From the NCBI RefSeq assembly GCF_004010195.1, contig NC_057719.1, positions 87,550,382 through 87,614,381 of the forward strand: DNA of 64,000 bases, read 5' to 3'. A program made the position numbers and the translations under genes. This DNA comes from Chiloscyllium plagiosum (lineage: Eukaryota). Below are positions 1 to 12,169 of the stretch, piece by piece. Within the stretch, counting starts at the first letter, position 1. Each line of letters begins with the position of its first letter. The notes beneath the pieces are model-generated. The model made no database searches. It was not told where the DNA came from and saw only the letters and a program-made list of their open reading frames with translations.

Positions 1-95
1 ATTCCTGATGAAGGGCTTTTGCCCGAAACATCGATTTTGCCTGTCCTCGGATGCTGCCTGAATTGCTGTGCTCTTCCAGCACCACTGATCCAGAA
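1..95 (+). mobile_element. PLE family A terminal repeat with hammerhead motif (1-36)
   Basis: ATTC-CTGATGA-A-GGGC(TTTT)GCCC-GAAA-CA-TC, then the family tail ggatgctgcctg..tgctgtgct.ttccagca shared with 6618, 13355, 61917 and 63430. Confidence 0.7.
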
Positions 96-395
96 TAATG
101 TTCGGAGGTGCTGGGTTTGAATCCCAGCAAGGCCAATGGTGAAATTTGAAATCACTGAAAATTTTGGGGAGAAAAGCTAGCCTAAAGGCACTCATATAAC
201 CATTGTCGATTTTTAGAAAAAAAGCCATCTGGTTCACTAATGCCCTTTAGGGGAGGAAATCTGCTGTCCTTACTTGGTGTGGTTTACATTTGACTCTCGA
301 CCCACAGCAATGTGGTTGTTTCAGAGCTACCCTGTGTCTAATTAGGGATGGCCCATGGCCCAGGCAATGGTGTCCACATCCTGTGAAGGAATAAA
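96..395 (+). mobile_element. tRNA-derived SINE (second family)
   Basis: Core ccatctggttcactaatg.cctttaggg.aggaaa.ctgc is shared with 13790-14130 and 16968-17295. Confidence 0.65.
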
Positions 396-492
396 AGAGG
401 GTGAGAGATAGAGAACAATTATCTGAGTAGTACGATTGAGGGATTTTCCCTTGTAAGCAAACACTGGTAAATAAAGGAGTCAAGTGCAGTAC

Positions 493-721
493 CTTTATAA
501 TCCTCTTCTGTCCAGTCTGACCCTGCCTCATTTTGGAGAAGTAATGGTAGTACTGAGACACATAGGTCATAATGGACTTTTCATCTGGGTGAGGTACAGC
601 CACGTCCTCTGGGTCTAGGAGTGTGGGAATTCCAAGCTTCTCCTCCGCGACCACAAAGGCGTTAGTTAAGTTATGTATTGGTTTGTTCTGTTTCAAGTTC
701 TTATAGTTGATCAGATCAGGC
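493..721 (-). CDS. SPTBN5: SPTBN5 coding exon, rest of CH2 (RPDLINYKNLKQNKPIHNLTNAF...LLDPEDVAVPHPDEKSIMTYVSQYYHYFSKMRQGQTGQKRIIK); gene continues beyond the window
   Basis: Acceptor ttttgcAG, donor AAG|GTACTG. 229 nt, phase 2/0, which fits the previous exon. Contains the PDEKSIMTYV motif. Confidence 0.93.
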
Positions 722-1249
722 CTGCAAAAGATACCAAGAAACCTCCGTCAATTAAATTCACTTCTGTAACAACATACACAGTAGAATACAAATGCCAAAC
801 CTATGACCACAAGCACATCAGGCAAGGACAGGACAGGGTTAGCTGTATGGGTTGAATTGAGTGCCAAAGTGTATGGTCTAGGCTCTTGATACATTAAGCT
901 GGCTACTTAGATGAATTAGTAACAATCGTAGTGCACAGCAAGAGTTCATAACTTGGAAGAGACAAGGAGCAGTTTGATTTTAAAAAGGGCAGAAGGAAGG
1001 TGAACATGGGTTCACATTTGCACACATATGCCATTTGTCACCCAAGCTCAGAAGGTGATCTGCATTTAGTTCCCCCCTATAGCATTCAAAGGTTTCACGA
1101 ACACAACATCTGCCGACAGGAGGGAGGTTCTGGGCTCAACTCACTCTTGGTGCTCCATTTGGCTCAACTGGCCTGTGACCCTCCAATAGGATGGGGAATG
1201 CTAGTAACTGTGCTACTCATCTCCTGCATGTGAACCAAGGCAATGGCTG

Positions 1250-2390
1250 CAAGCTCAAGCTTAATGGAGAGAAGGGCTCGATGAGAAGGATGAACCACCC
1301 ATGGTTTACAAAGACAGTCAAGGAGAGCATCCAATCCAATCATAAACTAAGGCATTCAAAATGGCAAGAATTAGTAATAGGCCAGAGGATTGGAAATATT
1401 TCAGCAACCAGGAGCAGATGACTCAAAAGCTAATGAAGAGGAAGGAAATTGATTATGAAATTAAATTGGCAATAAATACATAAAAACACAGCAAGAGCTT
1501 CTGCATGAGTGGAGTAAAAGGAGAGAAGCGAAAGTGAATGTGGGACCCTTGGAGAATTAATTACAGGGAACTGTGAGATGGTAGATAATTTAAACCAACT
1601 GGTTATCATGGCAGATGGCACAGTAAACATCCCAAAGATAACCAACAATCTAAGTGCTAAAAGGAGGGAAGACTACATAACAATCTCTATCACAAGAGAT
1701 AAATTAATGAGACTGAAGGCGGACAAGTTGTCAGAATGTGATGGTCAGGATGTAGTGGCAGACATAGGCCAAAATATTCCGGAACTCTCAGGATTTCAGG
1801 AAGGTTCCAGCAAATTGAAAAGCTTTTTATGTGAAACCCTGTTCAGACAGCAGAAAACTATTAGATCAGTTAACCTAACATCTGTAGTTGGATAAATGCT
1901 GGAGTCCAATATTAAGGAAGAAATAGTAGGAGATTTAGAAAAGCTTAACATAATCAAACAGAGTCAAAATGGTTTTGTTAAAAGGAATACATGTTTGACA
2001 AATTTGTTTGAGTTGTTTGAAGATATAACAAGTCAAGTTGATAAGAGAGAACTGATATTCTGATATTGAGTGTATTTGGATTTTCAGATGGCATTTGATA
2101 AGGTGCCACATAAAAGATGATAGCACAATCTAGAAGATCACAGTATTGGAGATCATGCATTAATACGGCCTGAGGATTGGTTAACACAGAGAAGTCAGAG
2201 AGTCAGGATTAATGCGTTTATTTCAAGTTGGAAGAGTGTAACTAGTCGAGTGCCACAAGAATCAGTCCTAATGATTTATATTAATAGGTTTTTAAAATAT
2301 GTTATTTATATTAATGACTTGGTGGAAGTGACAGAATTTGCTAACCGTATAATATTAGATGGGAGAGTATGCTGGGATGACACGAGAATA
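1250..2390 (+). mobile_element. Degenerate CR1 LINE ORF2 fragment
   Basis: RSVNLTSVVG, (S)QNGFVK..CLTNL and LDFQMAFDKVPH RT motifs, broken by stops and frameshifts. Confidence 0.8.
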
Positions 2391-3592
2391 TGCTGAGCAC
2401 TTCCCAGTCTTTGGCAGCCACTTCAGATAAGGAGCGCCAACCCTGGATCAGCTGCACCAGCTCGATATTCTACACACTACAGATGGACTTGGTCTTAACT
2501 TTTTGTTCAGATGTATAATTTCTGTTATCAAAATAGATGCTGGAATATGGTGACTTAGACATTTTTCACTGTATTACTTTGTAAAAATAAACGTGACAAT
2601 AAATTACTATTCGACTCTATTCCTCTATATCCTCCATATTCAGTGGGAGGTCACTGAATAAAGACCTATCAAAAAAAAAATACTGAAAGAACTGTGGCTG
2701 CTGGAACTCTGAAACCAAAACAGAAATTGCTGGAGAAACTCAGCAGGTCTGGTGCTTTGTATCTTTCTGAAAGTCAGCTCCTCAAGCATTCAGGCAAAAC
2801 TCCTGTAAAGCCAACTATGACACTGATGCTCAGAAAGTGTTCCCTTTTCTCACCTGTCATGCTTCTATGCAGAAGCTCTGAAAATCTCCCTGCAGTGTGG
2901 CAGCGGTGAAATCAATGACTGGGATGAGCTTGTGACATCTCGTTCAGAGTGCCGACATCGGCAGAGTGGGTGCCATAGGAGGGAAGCAAGTTCTGCTCTC
3001 TGTGCCCCGCTAGCTCATGGGACATCCTGCCTCATGTACCCAAAGGTCTGTGGCCTGCTCAGTCACATGAAGGCCCGCAATAGATACTCACAACCTGAGC
3101 AGGCATCATCCTCAAACTGAGGCACAGTCAACAATGATGACAACCGAACCCAGTAGATCCAGCAGGGTTGTGAAAATGAGTTTCATTTGGGCCAAAATAG
3201 AGATGGACTGCCCTATTTCTAGCACCTCAGAAGGCTGAGTGACGCTGAGCTCAATTCCAGGAAATTGGTTGCCCTTCAAATGCCCCACCACAGCATCAGT
3301 AAGCTATTGTTGCCAAAACTCCTTCCTCAACAATATGATGTCTCCTGTGGGGGGGTCATTGATAAAGAAAAGGAGCAGGAAGCCTAGCTGTGATGACACG
3401 CGGACAGGCTGTTTATGCATACAGTCCCCACAGCTCCCCCATCTCACCAATGCACAGGAAGGCCATCTGCGGCTTCATACACTATCCTAATGGCCCAGTA
3501 GGACATGACCTCTTTTGAATGTTTTCCCCAACTCCTTGGAAGGTAGTTCAATATTCCTTCCAGTCCGAACAACTGAAAAAGTTTGTGTTTAC

Positions 3593-3750
3593 CTGTGAGC
3601 GTGAATAAGTGCATTGAAGGCCAATCCATCCTTCCAGCTGGAGGAGAAGTCCTGGACATTAACGTTCTCGTATCCAGCTGTCTTACGCTGGCACCAGATC
3701 AGCAGAGCCTCCTTAGCAGAACGTTTGGCACTGCTGCTATCAGACTCATC
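3593..3750 (-). CDS. SPTBN5: SPTBN5 coding exon, start of CH2 ([53 protein letters not shown])
   Basis: Read by hand. Acceptor gcgctAG, donor CAG|GTAAAC. 158 nt, phase 0/2. Canonical CH2 motif. Confidence 0.93.
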
Positions 3751-4315
3751 CTAGCGCAGCAGAGAAAGTTGGTGAGTGAACGAAAGACTGAGAACCAGCC
3801 CCCAAAGCTGCCCAACACGTCCCAGAGCATTGCGCACTCAGTGAATCCAACCCAGGCTGAAGGAAGTGGAAGTGAGCTTGCCCTAGACAGCAATGTTAAC
3901 CTTGCAGCAAACTCCCCAACACCAACTCTCACTGCACCCCAGCTGTAGCTACACTGGTTTTATTTGGTACAGGTCGTAAAGGAAATCCTATCGCAATGGT
4001 GCCCGGGTCACATAAAATTACATTGGTTGTACAGCACAAAAGCTGGTCATTTGGTGCAAAATGTCTATGCTCGCACCACCCACCAGCAGATGCTACATCC
4101 CTTTCTATTTAACCACCTTGAATGCATCAATGCTGTTCACCTCAGCTATTGCAGCTGGTACGTATTCATACCATTTCTAAGAAAAGCAATTCCTTGTTAA
4201 TTCTTCATGGGATTTAGCTTATATATATATAAAATATATAAAATATATTTATATCACATATTTAGGTTATCCATGGGCAGCAGGACATTCCCAACAGGAG
4301 GAACCAGTGTCTTAC

Positions 4316-4432
4316 CTCCTCCAGAGTGATGGAGGCAATCTGAAAGCGCAGGATAATCATCCAGATCAGACCCAGGATTAGGGTGCGGTCACCATCCACA
4401 ATATTTTCTGGACCTATCAGCTCCACATTGAT
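4316..4432 (-). CDS. SPTBN5: SPTBN5 coding exon, end of CH1 ([39 protein letters not shown])
   Basis: Read by hand; absent from the ORF track. Acceptor tgtcAG, donor GAG|GTAAG. 117 nt, phase 0/0. Contains the LILGLIW.IILRFQI motif. Confidence 0.93.
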
Positions 4433-4682
4433 CTGACAACAGAAAAAGAAGCAACAGACAAAATTAAAAAGTCACCTTTAAAAAATTAAAAAGGGATGAG
4501 AGACTGTGTACACTGAGCGTCATGGAGATGTTATGTTCACCCAGCGTTGCAGGGACATTAGATTTGGAATGGCTGGTTTGAAAGGTCAGAGAATCTGAGC
4601 AGGGGGTTTGGTGAGAGCTAACAATCATGTTGCTCCCAGTTCACAAGCCTTCCTGTACAACAATGGTACAAAGTAATGTTAC

Positions 4683-4850
4683 CTTGGTTTTCAGGAAGGC
4701 AATGGCCCTGCTGTTGTTCTCCAGATAGTGGACTCTCATTCTGCCTCTGTTGGGTCTGCTCAGCTTCTCTCCAGAGATGGTTTCCAGTAGGGCAATCAGG
4801 GCGATGCCATCTTTCAGTTCAGTGAATATGTCAGTAATGAATATCTTCAC
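4683..4850 (-). CDS. SPTBN5: SPTBN5 coding exon, CH1 ([56 protein letters not shown])
   Basis: AG/GT flanks, 168 nt, phase 0/0. Matches beta-V CH1 (L.DG..L..LLE.ISGE.L..P.RGR.RVH.LEN.SRA.AFL). Confidence 0.93.
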
Positions 4851-6062
4851 CTATCAAACACAGAGCTGAACAATGTCAAATATCTGAAAAATAGGAGAAA
4901 ACTTAAACTCTTCATCTCACTCAATCAAACTCTTCTCTATCCTAAACTCAACAAACTAATTTCATCTCCAGTGAGACTCTACATAGTATCAAATGTCCCT
5001 TCACAAAAAAGGGTTCCGAGCTCAAATCAGAAATTAATTCATCATTGGTCCCCAAGAGTGTGAAGGAATGGGGAGCCATGGCTGCTGGATGGAGTTCAGG
5101 TTCAGATCAGCTTTGACCTTCTTGAATGTTTGAACATGTGCAATGGCCCATTTCTGTTTCTGCAGTGCTATCCTCTTCTGGGCCTTACCTACCAAGCAAG
5201 CCCTGCCACAGCTCAGCCTGACTCTACCCAACATTTAACCTCCTCCCAACCATCTCTATCTTGAGGGGATGAATGGCATTCTTCTGTCCCTATGGTTGAA
5301 ATAAGCAGAAACATGTCATCATTTTTTTGGTATTTCTAAGTGAAGCTAAGAAATCTGCCCTCCCAATGTGAAGTGCAAACTTTTCTTGCCTTCGGGGCAA
5401 ACCACATTTGGGGCAGAGTTTGGCCCAGCATATGTGTGCAAAGCTTGCAAAGGGATATCACGAAAGGCGAATTGGTAAAAGACACAAAGCTGAATGGTCT
5501 CTTTCTGTGCTGCATCATCCTGTTAACTTACTGGCACGGAAACACCCGTGGAGCTTCCTGCAGCTTACTAAAAAACACAGATGTAGACAAAGAGAGAGCG
5601 TGTGTGCAGGATAGAGGGAGTGATAGAGGGACAAGATGTGTCTTTGCAGCTGGGCTGGGAAAGGGAGACAGGACCTGTGGAGGGAGCGGTGGTGGCGGGA
5701 GAGAGAACAGGGGTCTCCAATATCTCATCACTGCCCAGCTCCAATCACTTCCTTCTAGAAAGTGCCATATGCAAAATTAAATCCTGGGACAAAGGGGGTG
5801 ATTTGTAAAAAAAAAACAATGGAGTCCCAAAGAGATCGACAGCCTCTTGGGTGAACATAAAATGGGATTTCAACACTTTCTGGAGCAGGAAAGGATGACC
5901 TGTACTGAGGTTCAACAGACTATAGCATTGCTGGCACAGAGATTGCTGGGAAACAGTGCCCCATTTCATAAAACAGAATATTGTCAAATATCAATGTTAC
6001 AGTCTTTTAAATAGGCGAGAAAATGATTATAATGTACAACTTAAAACTGAGAGAGAGAAACT

Positions 6063-6253
6063 CACTGTGTTTGCGTGGGTTCCCTCTGGGTGTTCCGGTT
6101 AACTCCCACAATCCAAAAATGTGCAGGTTAGGTGAATTGGCCATGCTAAATTTCCTATAGTGTTCAGGGATGAGTAGGTTAGGTGCATTATTTAGGGGAA
6201 ATGTAGAGTAATAGGATGGGCGAATGGATCTGGGTGGGATACTCTTCAGCGGT
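6063..6253 (+). mobile_element. Truncated V-SINE
   Basis: V-domain and body match 14744-15063; cut by the PLE at 6257. Confidence 0.7.
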
Positions 6254-6256
6254 CAA

Positions 6257-7460
6257 GGACATTCAGGCCTTGGATCTTCAGGTGAACGTTCTCCAAGGCG
6301 GACCTTGGGATACACAACCACGCAGAGATGCCGAGCAGAGGCTGACAGCCAAGTTTGGTACCCATGAAGACAGTCTCAACCAGGATCTTGGGTTCATGTC
6401 ACACTACAGGTGACCCCCACTGCACTAAACGCTCTGACACATATACACACAGAGCTGATTTTAACCCTACTGCGAATCCTCTTGCACGGATGCCTGCCTT
6501 GAAGAAGTTTTCCTCCTCTCTCTACAAGAATTTCAGTGAGTCTCTACTCTATGCTACTTTCTCCCCACCCCCACCCCTCTGTCATTTATCTCTCCACCCT
6601 GGAGGCTCCCTGCCTGTATTCCTGATGAAGGGCTTTTGCCCAAAATGTCGATTTTCCTGCTCCTCAGAATGCTGCCTGACCTGCTGTGCTTTTCCAGCAC
6701 CACTCTAATCTAGACTCTGGTTTCCAGCATCTGCGGTCCTTGTTTTTACCTATACACACACACTCAGACACACACACTCACACACCCATACACACACACA
6801 CTCACACATACATACTCACACATACACACTCACACACACACAGACATAATCTCACACATATACATCACACATGCACACACAGAGGCACAACCTCACACAT
6901 ATACTCCACCCCCACCCACAAACTTTCCCTGTCCCTCTCTCCCTCACCGCACGCATGCACATACACATATAAGTCCATGGGGTGAATTTGCAATTTGCAA
7001 GATTCGTATTTGCATTCTATTTTGTTCAAAAAGCACATAATCTATAGGCAGTCAATGTGACATTCTATAAATAACTACTTTGGAAATAAAACCAGTCTGA
7101 CTCTAGGATGAGACACAGCCAGACTCTAACCTCACACCTTCAATGCATTGTCTGAACTATCACCTTTTTTTAAATATACTGATAAAGCCTTAAGTTATCT
7201 CAGGGTAGTGACTTGAAAGAAATTCTGGGATTTACATATTAATCAATTGAAACCTGCATTCCCATTCAAAATGATTAAAGACTTAACAGCCATCTATCTT
7301 TTCCTTATAAATTCTGTGTCCTACGTATCATGTCCCACTGGCTACCTGATGTAGGAGCAGCGCTCCAAAAACTTGTACTTTCAAATATACCTGTTGGACT
7401 ATACTGGTGTTGTGTGATTTTTAACTTTGTCCACCCCAGACCAACACCAGCACCTCCACA
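6257..7460 (+). mobile_element. PLE family B 3' end (endonuclease C-terminus, CA-rich UTR, decayed hammerhead ~7343-7378), interrupted by a family A terminal repeat (~6555-6750)
   Basis: RRDAEQRLTAKFGTHEDSLNQDLGF resembles the PLE C-terminal E..LI..(L/F)GT...GLN motif. 7000-7320 is similar to the reverse complement of 51840-52220. Confidence 0.65.
6752..6970 (+). repeat. Imperfect (CA)n microsatellite
   Basis: Directly visible; explains the His/Thr-rich spurious ORF. Confidence 0.9.
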
Positions 7461-8864
7461 ACAGGTGGAATAGCAAGCTTACCATCAGTCACATCATCTC
7501 TGCAGTCCACCACAAATTCCTGCTACGTGGGGACATCAACTCTAACTAAGCTTCTGGAGCTTACTCATCAGCTATGTTCTTTCAGCATTTGGGAGCAGCT
7601 CGAAGGGTAAAGCTGACTCATACCAGCCAACTTTGAAGTTCAGGCCAGAGAGACAAAATAAGACTACAGACTTTGAATAAAACGTTCATTTTCAGCTTGG
7701 CAGCCTGTAACTAGCTGGATGCTGCAAAGATCAGTGCGTGGGTCTCAGCTATTTACAATCTCTGGCAGTGGTTTAATATCAGGTGACTGAGTGCAACAGT
7801 TGAGGTTTGCTGATGGTGCCATTAGGTGAGAAAGCAAGCTGTAAGAAGATTGCAAAGTGTGCAGCAAAGGATATGGTCAAGTGAAATGGCCAAGCAAGTG
7901 GTGGGTGAGGTGGGAATACATGCAAGATTATCTGTTTTGGTAGGAAGAATGGAAAAGCAGAAGACCCTTGACAGGGTGCAAGATTGGGGAATATTGATAT
8001 TCAATGGGATTAACATGTCCTTGAACATAAATCAGAGAATGCTAACAAGCAGGTACAGTAAACAATTACAAAGGCAATTAGATTGACAGCCTTTATTGCA
8101 GGGGAGAGGTTGGACAATATGAATAAGGAATTGCTGCTGTAATTAAACAGGGGTTTTGCTAAGACCAGATTGGGACAAAACATTTTAATAGTACAGCACC
8201 CCTTGATATGGCACTGCAGCATCTGTCTAAAGTCAGTGTTTTTGTAGCATGGAAAGAGGCCAAGTACGTCCACATCGGTCATCAGACATCTATCTTTTCT
8301 CATCCCATTTTCCAGCACATGGCCTTAGCCTTATACAGTGTACTGTGTCAATTGTTCAAGTCTAATCCTACCATGAGTCTCTGGCATGGGGCTTTCTGAC
8401 TCAGAGCTAAGGAGACACGATAAACATTATTAAGAAACAAATGCTCTCTATGCCCTATGAATCCATGAGTTCCAAATCTAATATTTACTAAAATAGTGTT
8501 TTAAATATTAACTGCTGCTATCTTGATTTCAAACTGGCATCTGAGCTCACAGAACCACGGGATTCAGTCTGCTCCTCTTCAGGTATTCCCCTGTATCATT
8601 CTGAAACCACATACTTTTCTGTCATATTGTTTTATCAAATACAACTGCTGCTGATTCATGCTTTATCTGGATATAAAACTGAGACTTATCACTGCTTGAT
8701 GGCACATTTACAAAGCTGCTGGACCATTTCATCTACACATCCACGTCACTACATGACATCTGAAACATTCAATGGGGACTGAAACTGTTCTCTGACCCAT
8801 ATTCTCCGCAGTCCAAGTGACTGGACTGAACCTGACCTTTGACCCTTCCCTTTCACATCAATCA

Positions 8865-11480
8865 GGAGCAGGAATAGGCCGTTCAACCCCACCAGCCTGC
8901 TCCTCCTTTTAGTAAGATCGGGGCCGATCTGATTGTAACCTCAAATCACATCTCCACTCTCAGCTATCCCACTTGCTGGAGGGAATTTATGGAACTCAGA
9001 TTTGCAAATATCAAAGACGCTGCTTCCACTACCACTTCAGGGAGAGAATTGCAAAGATTCATCACACAGAGAAAATAATTTATCTAATCTCAGTTTTAAA
9101 TGGGCAACACCTTAACTTTTTAAATAGTGATCCCTAGCTCTTGCTTATCCTATAACAGCAACATCCTTTTCACTTCCAAGACCTGTCAAGACATTGTATG
9201 TTTCAATCAAGTCACCTGTAGCCGCCTTAAATTCTATACCTGGCCTTTTTTTTAATAAGACAACCTACCTATTTCAAGTATTAGTCTAGTAAACCTTCTC
9301 TGATCTGCTTCCAACACATTTACATCCTTCATAAATAAAGACTGATACTGTACGCAGTACTCCAGATACACTCTCATCAATGCCTTGTAATAACTGAAGC
9401 ATGACATGCCTATCTCTGCATTAAATTCAACTCATATTCCATTAGTTTTACTAATTCTTTGCTGTAACTGGCCACTTTCAAGGCACTAAGTACCTGAACC
9501 CCTAGGTCTCTCTGTTCGGCAACACTCATAGTGCCCTACTATTAATTGCATAAGTCCTGCCCTGATTTGTCTTACCAAAGTGCAACACCTCGCATTAATC
9601 TAAATTAACTCCATCGGCCACTCCTCAGCCCACTGGCCAAGCTGATCAAGGTACCATTGTAATCTTAGATAACCTTCTTCACTGTTTATTATACCAACAC
9701 TTTTGGTGTTTTCTGCAAACTTACTAATCATGCTTCTTATATTCTCATCCAAATTGTTTGTACAAATGACAAACAACAAACAGCTGTTGTACCCAATTTG
9801 TATTCACTTTTGCCTTAATTCCATAAACTTCCATCTTAACATGCCTTGTCTTGCACTTTTTTTGATACCTTCCTAAAGTCAAATTGCTCATCTATTTGAA
9901 CAATCTGCCCTGTTCCCTCATCAAAGTGCTCAACTAGGTGAGCTTGATTAACCCCTGCCTCTCCAAATGCAGATTAATTCTGTACCTCAGAATTTCTTCC
10001 AATAGTTTTCCCACCAGAGGTTAGGCTAACTGACCTGTAGTCTCCTGCTTTCTCGCTTGCTCCTTTCTTGAATAATATTGCATTCTACAACCTGACAAAA
10101 ACGAATTTGCACCTGATCTCTTCTTTATGTTAGCCAGCCAATCTTCTATTCGTTACCCCAATACGTTACCCCAACACCATGAGCTTTTATTTTCCAAAAT
10201 AACCTTCAACATGGCACTTTTTCAAATTCGTTTTGGAAATCTAAGTACAGGACTCTTTATCCACAACAGATTACCTCCTCAAATAACTCCCGAGACTGTC
10301 CCACATCAAGGTAATCCAAACCAATGCATCAATTATCTCACTAGCTACTTAGTTTAAGGCCCTAAGATGAGATCCATCTGGATCCAAGCACTTGTCAGCC
10401 CACAGTTCCAACAAACTACTCTGTACCACTTCTCTGGTGGTTGTAGTTTTCCTGAGGTCCTCACTCACTCCCTCCCATTTCCTGATTTATTGCTGCTTCT
10501 GGACTGTTACTTGCATCCTCGGCAGTGATGAGCGAGGCAAATCCCTCTCCAATTCATCCTCCATCTCCTTTTTTTCCATTTTTAATTATTCAGTCTTATT
10601 TCCAAAGGAACAACATTCAGTTGTTAATTCTTTTCTTCTTTAAATATTTAAGAAACTCTTACTGTGTTTTCAGAATTCTAACTAGCTTTCTCTCCTACTC
10701 TAAATTTTACTCTCTTTATTCATTTTTGTTCATTTTTTGCAGTTTTTTAAAAATTCAGTTCAATCTTCTGACCTGCCACCTGTCTTTGAACAGGTGTATA
10801 CTTTTTTTTATAAAAGTCTGATGCGGTGTTTAACATTTCTCATTAACCATAGACAATGTCTGCTTTTTGGAATTTTTCTTGCTTGCTGAAATATATCTGT
10901 ATATTCTGAAATAATATTTAAATGTCTGTCACTGCATTCTACACTGTCCTAAGCCTTAACATAATTTGCCAATTCATTTTAGTCAGCTCCACTTTCATGC
11001 CCTCATAATTACTGTTATTTAAGTTTTTTTAAAAAATCTAGACCTATTCCACTCTTCCTCAAACAGAATGTAAAATTTAATCATGTTGTGATCGCTGCTA
11101 TTTACGTTGCTTTCATATGAGATCATTGATTAATCCTATCTCATTGCACAGTACTTGGATTGCTCCCCAGTTGGATCCAGAAAGTAGCATTCTCAGACAC
11201 TATCTTGAAAACATTCCATAAACTTATCTAAGCCACCTTTGCCCTTCAGACTTTTCCAATCAATAATATGCAAAATATCTCATGATTGATGCGTGATCTC
11301 TGACAAGCTCTCAATTTTCCTTCCTTTTTGCCCCACCCCATCATGTGCTTACTGATAAAGGGCTTGTACACCACTCCCACAGTGACTTCTTGTCTTTAAT
11401 ATTTCTCACTTCTGCCTAAACTGTTTCCACATTTTGGTGTTTTTTTTGGACTCGCATCACTCCTTCCGATTGTGTAGATG
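8865..11480 (-). mobile_element. Degenerate CR1 LINE fragments (composite)
   Basis: Reverse CR1 3' end (ggagcaggaataggccgttcaacccc) and RT-region remnants, e.g. 9480-9780. Confidence 0.65.
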
Positions 11481-11499
11481 CTATCATTAATTGACAAAA

Positions 11500-11790
11500 A
11501 CACAGCAAAGTGGTTAGCACTGCTGCCTCACAGTGCCAGAGACCCAGGTTCAATTCCTGCCTCAGGCGACTGACTGTGTGGAGTTTGCACATTCTCCCCG
11601 TGTCTGCGTGGGTTTCCTCTGGGTGCTCCGTTTTCCTCCCACAGTCCAAAATGTGCAGGTTAGGTGAATTGGCCATGATAAATTGCCCGTAGTGTTAACT
11701 GAAGGGGTAAATGTAGGGGAATGGGTCTGGGTGGGTTGGTGTGGACTTGTTGGGCTGAAGGGCCTGTTTCCACACTGTAAGTAATCTAAA
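11500..11790 (+). mobile_element. HE1-type V-SINE
   Basis: tRNA-like head with B box GGTTCAATTCC, V-domain tgtggagtttgcacattctccccgtgtctgcgtgggtttcc, tail gtaagtaatctaa. Confidence 0.85.
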
Positions 11791-12169
11791 CTCTCCACCT
11801 TTTTTTCTATGTACTTCTCCTTCCTAAAAATCGACTACCTTTCAAAAGTCAGGTCCCAATCCAAATCTTCCTATGGCAATGTCTCCATTTGGCTAGTAGA
11901 TTGTACTTGTTTATTTCTATTCGCACTCTCAGTATTCCAAATACTTCATTTACAAGTCCCTTACCTATATCCTTTTACTATCTTTGTAAATTTTAATCTT
12001 TTCTAATGGTGAATTCTCACATTCTTACACTCTATCTCTTCCTGTCATGTCTGTTTATCATTACCTGCATTAACATCTTTCTTTGAACCTTGATTCTACT
12101 CGTTGATTTTCCAAACCTTCCCAAATTTTATCCTTTGCCCAATGAGCCCAGTGACTAGACTGACCCTGT

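Noticed and set aside
3583..3948. 121-aa plus-strand ORF as a nested gene
   Set aside because: Antisense shadow of the SPTBN5 CH2 exon, with no recognisable domain.
5528..5731. Pro-rich minus-strand ORF ending at a GTAAGT donor, as an alternative SPTBN5 first exon
   Set aside because: The donor is phase 2 for this ORF, and the frame compatible with the next exon has stops just upstream.
6686..6985. His/Thr-rich ORF
   Set aside because: Translation of a (CA)n microsatellite.
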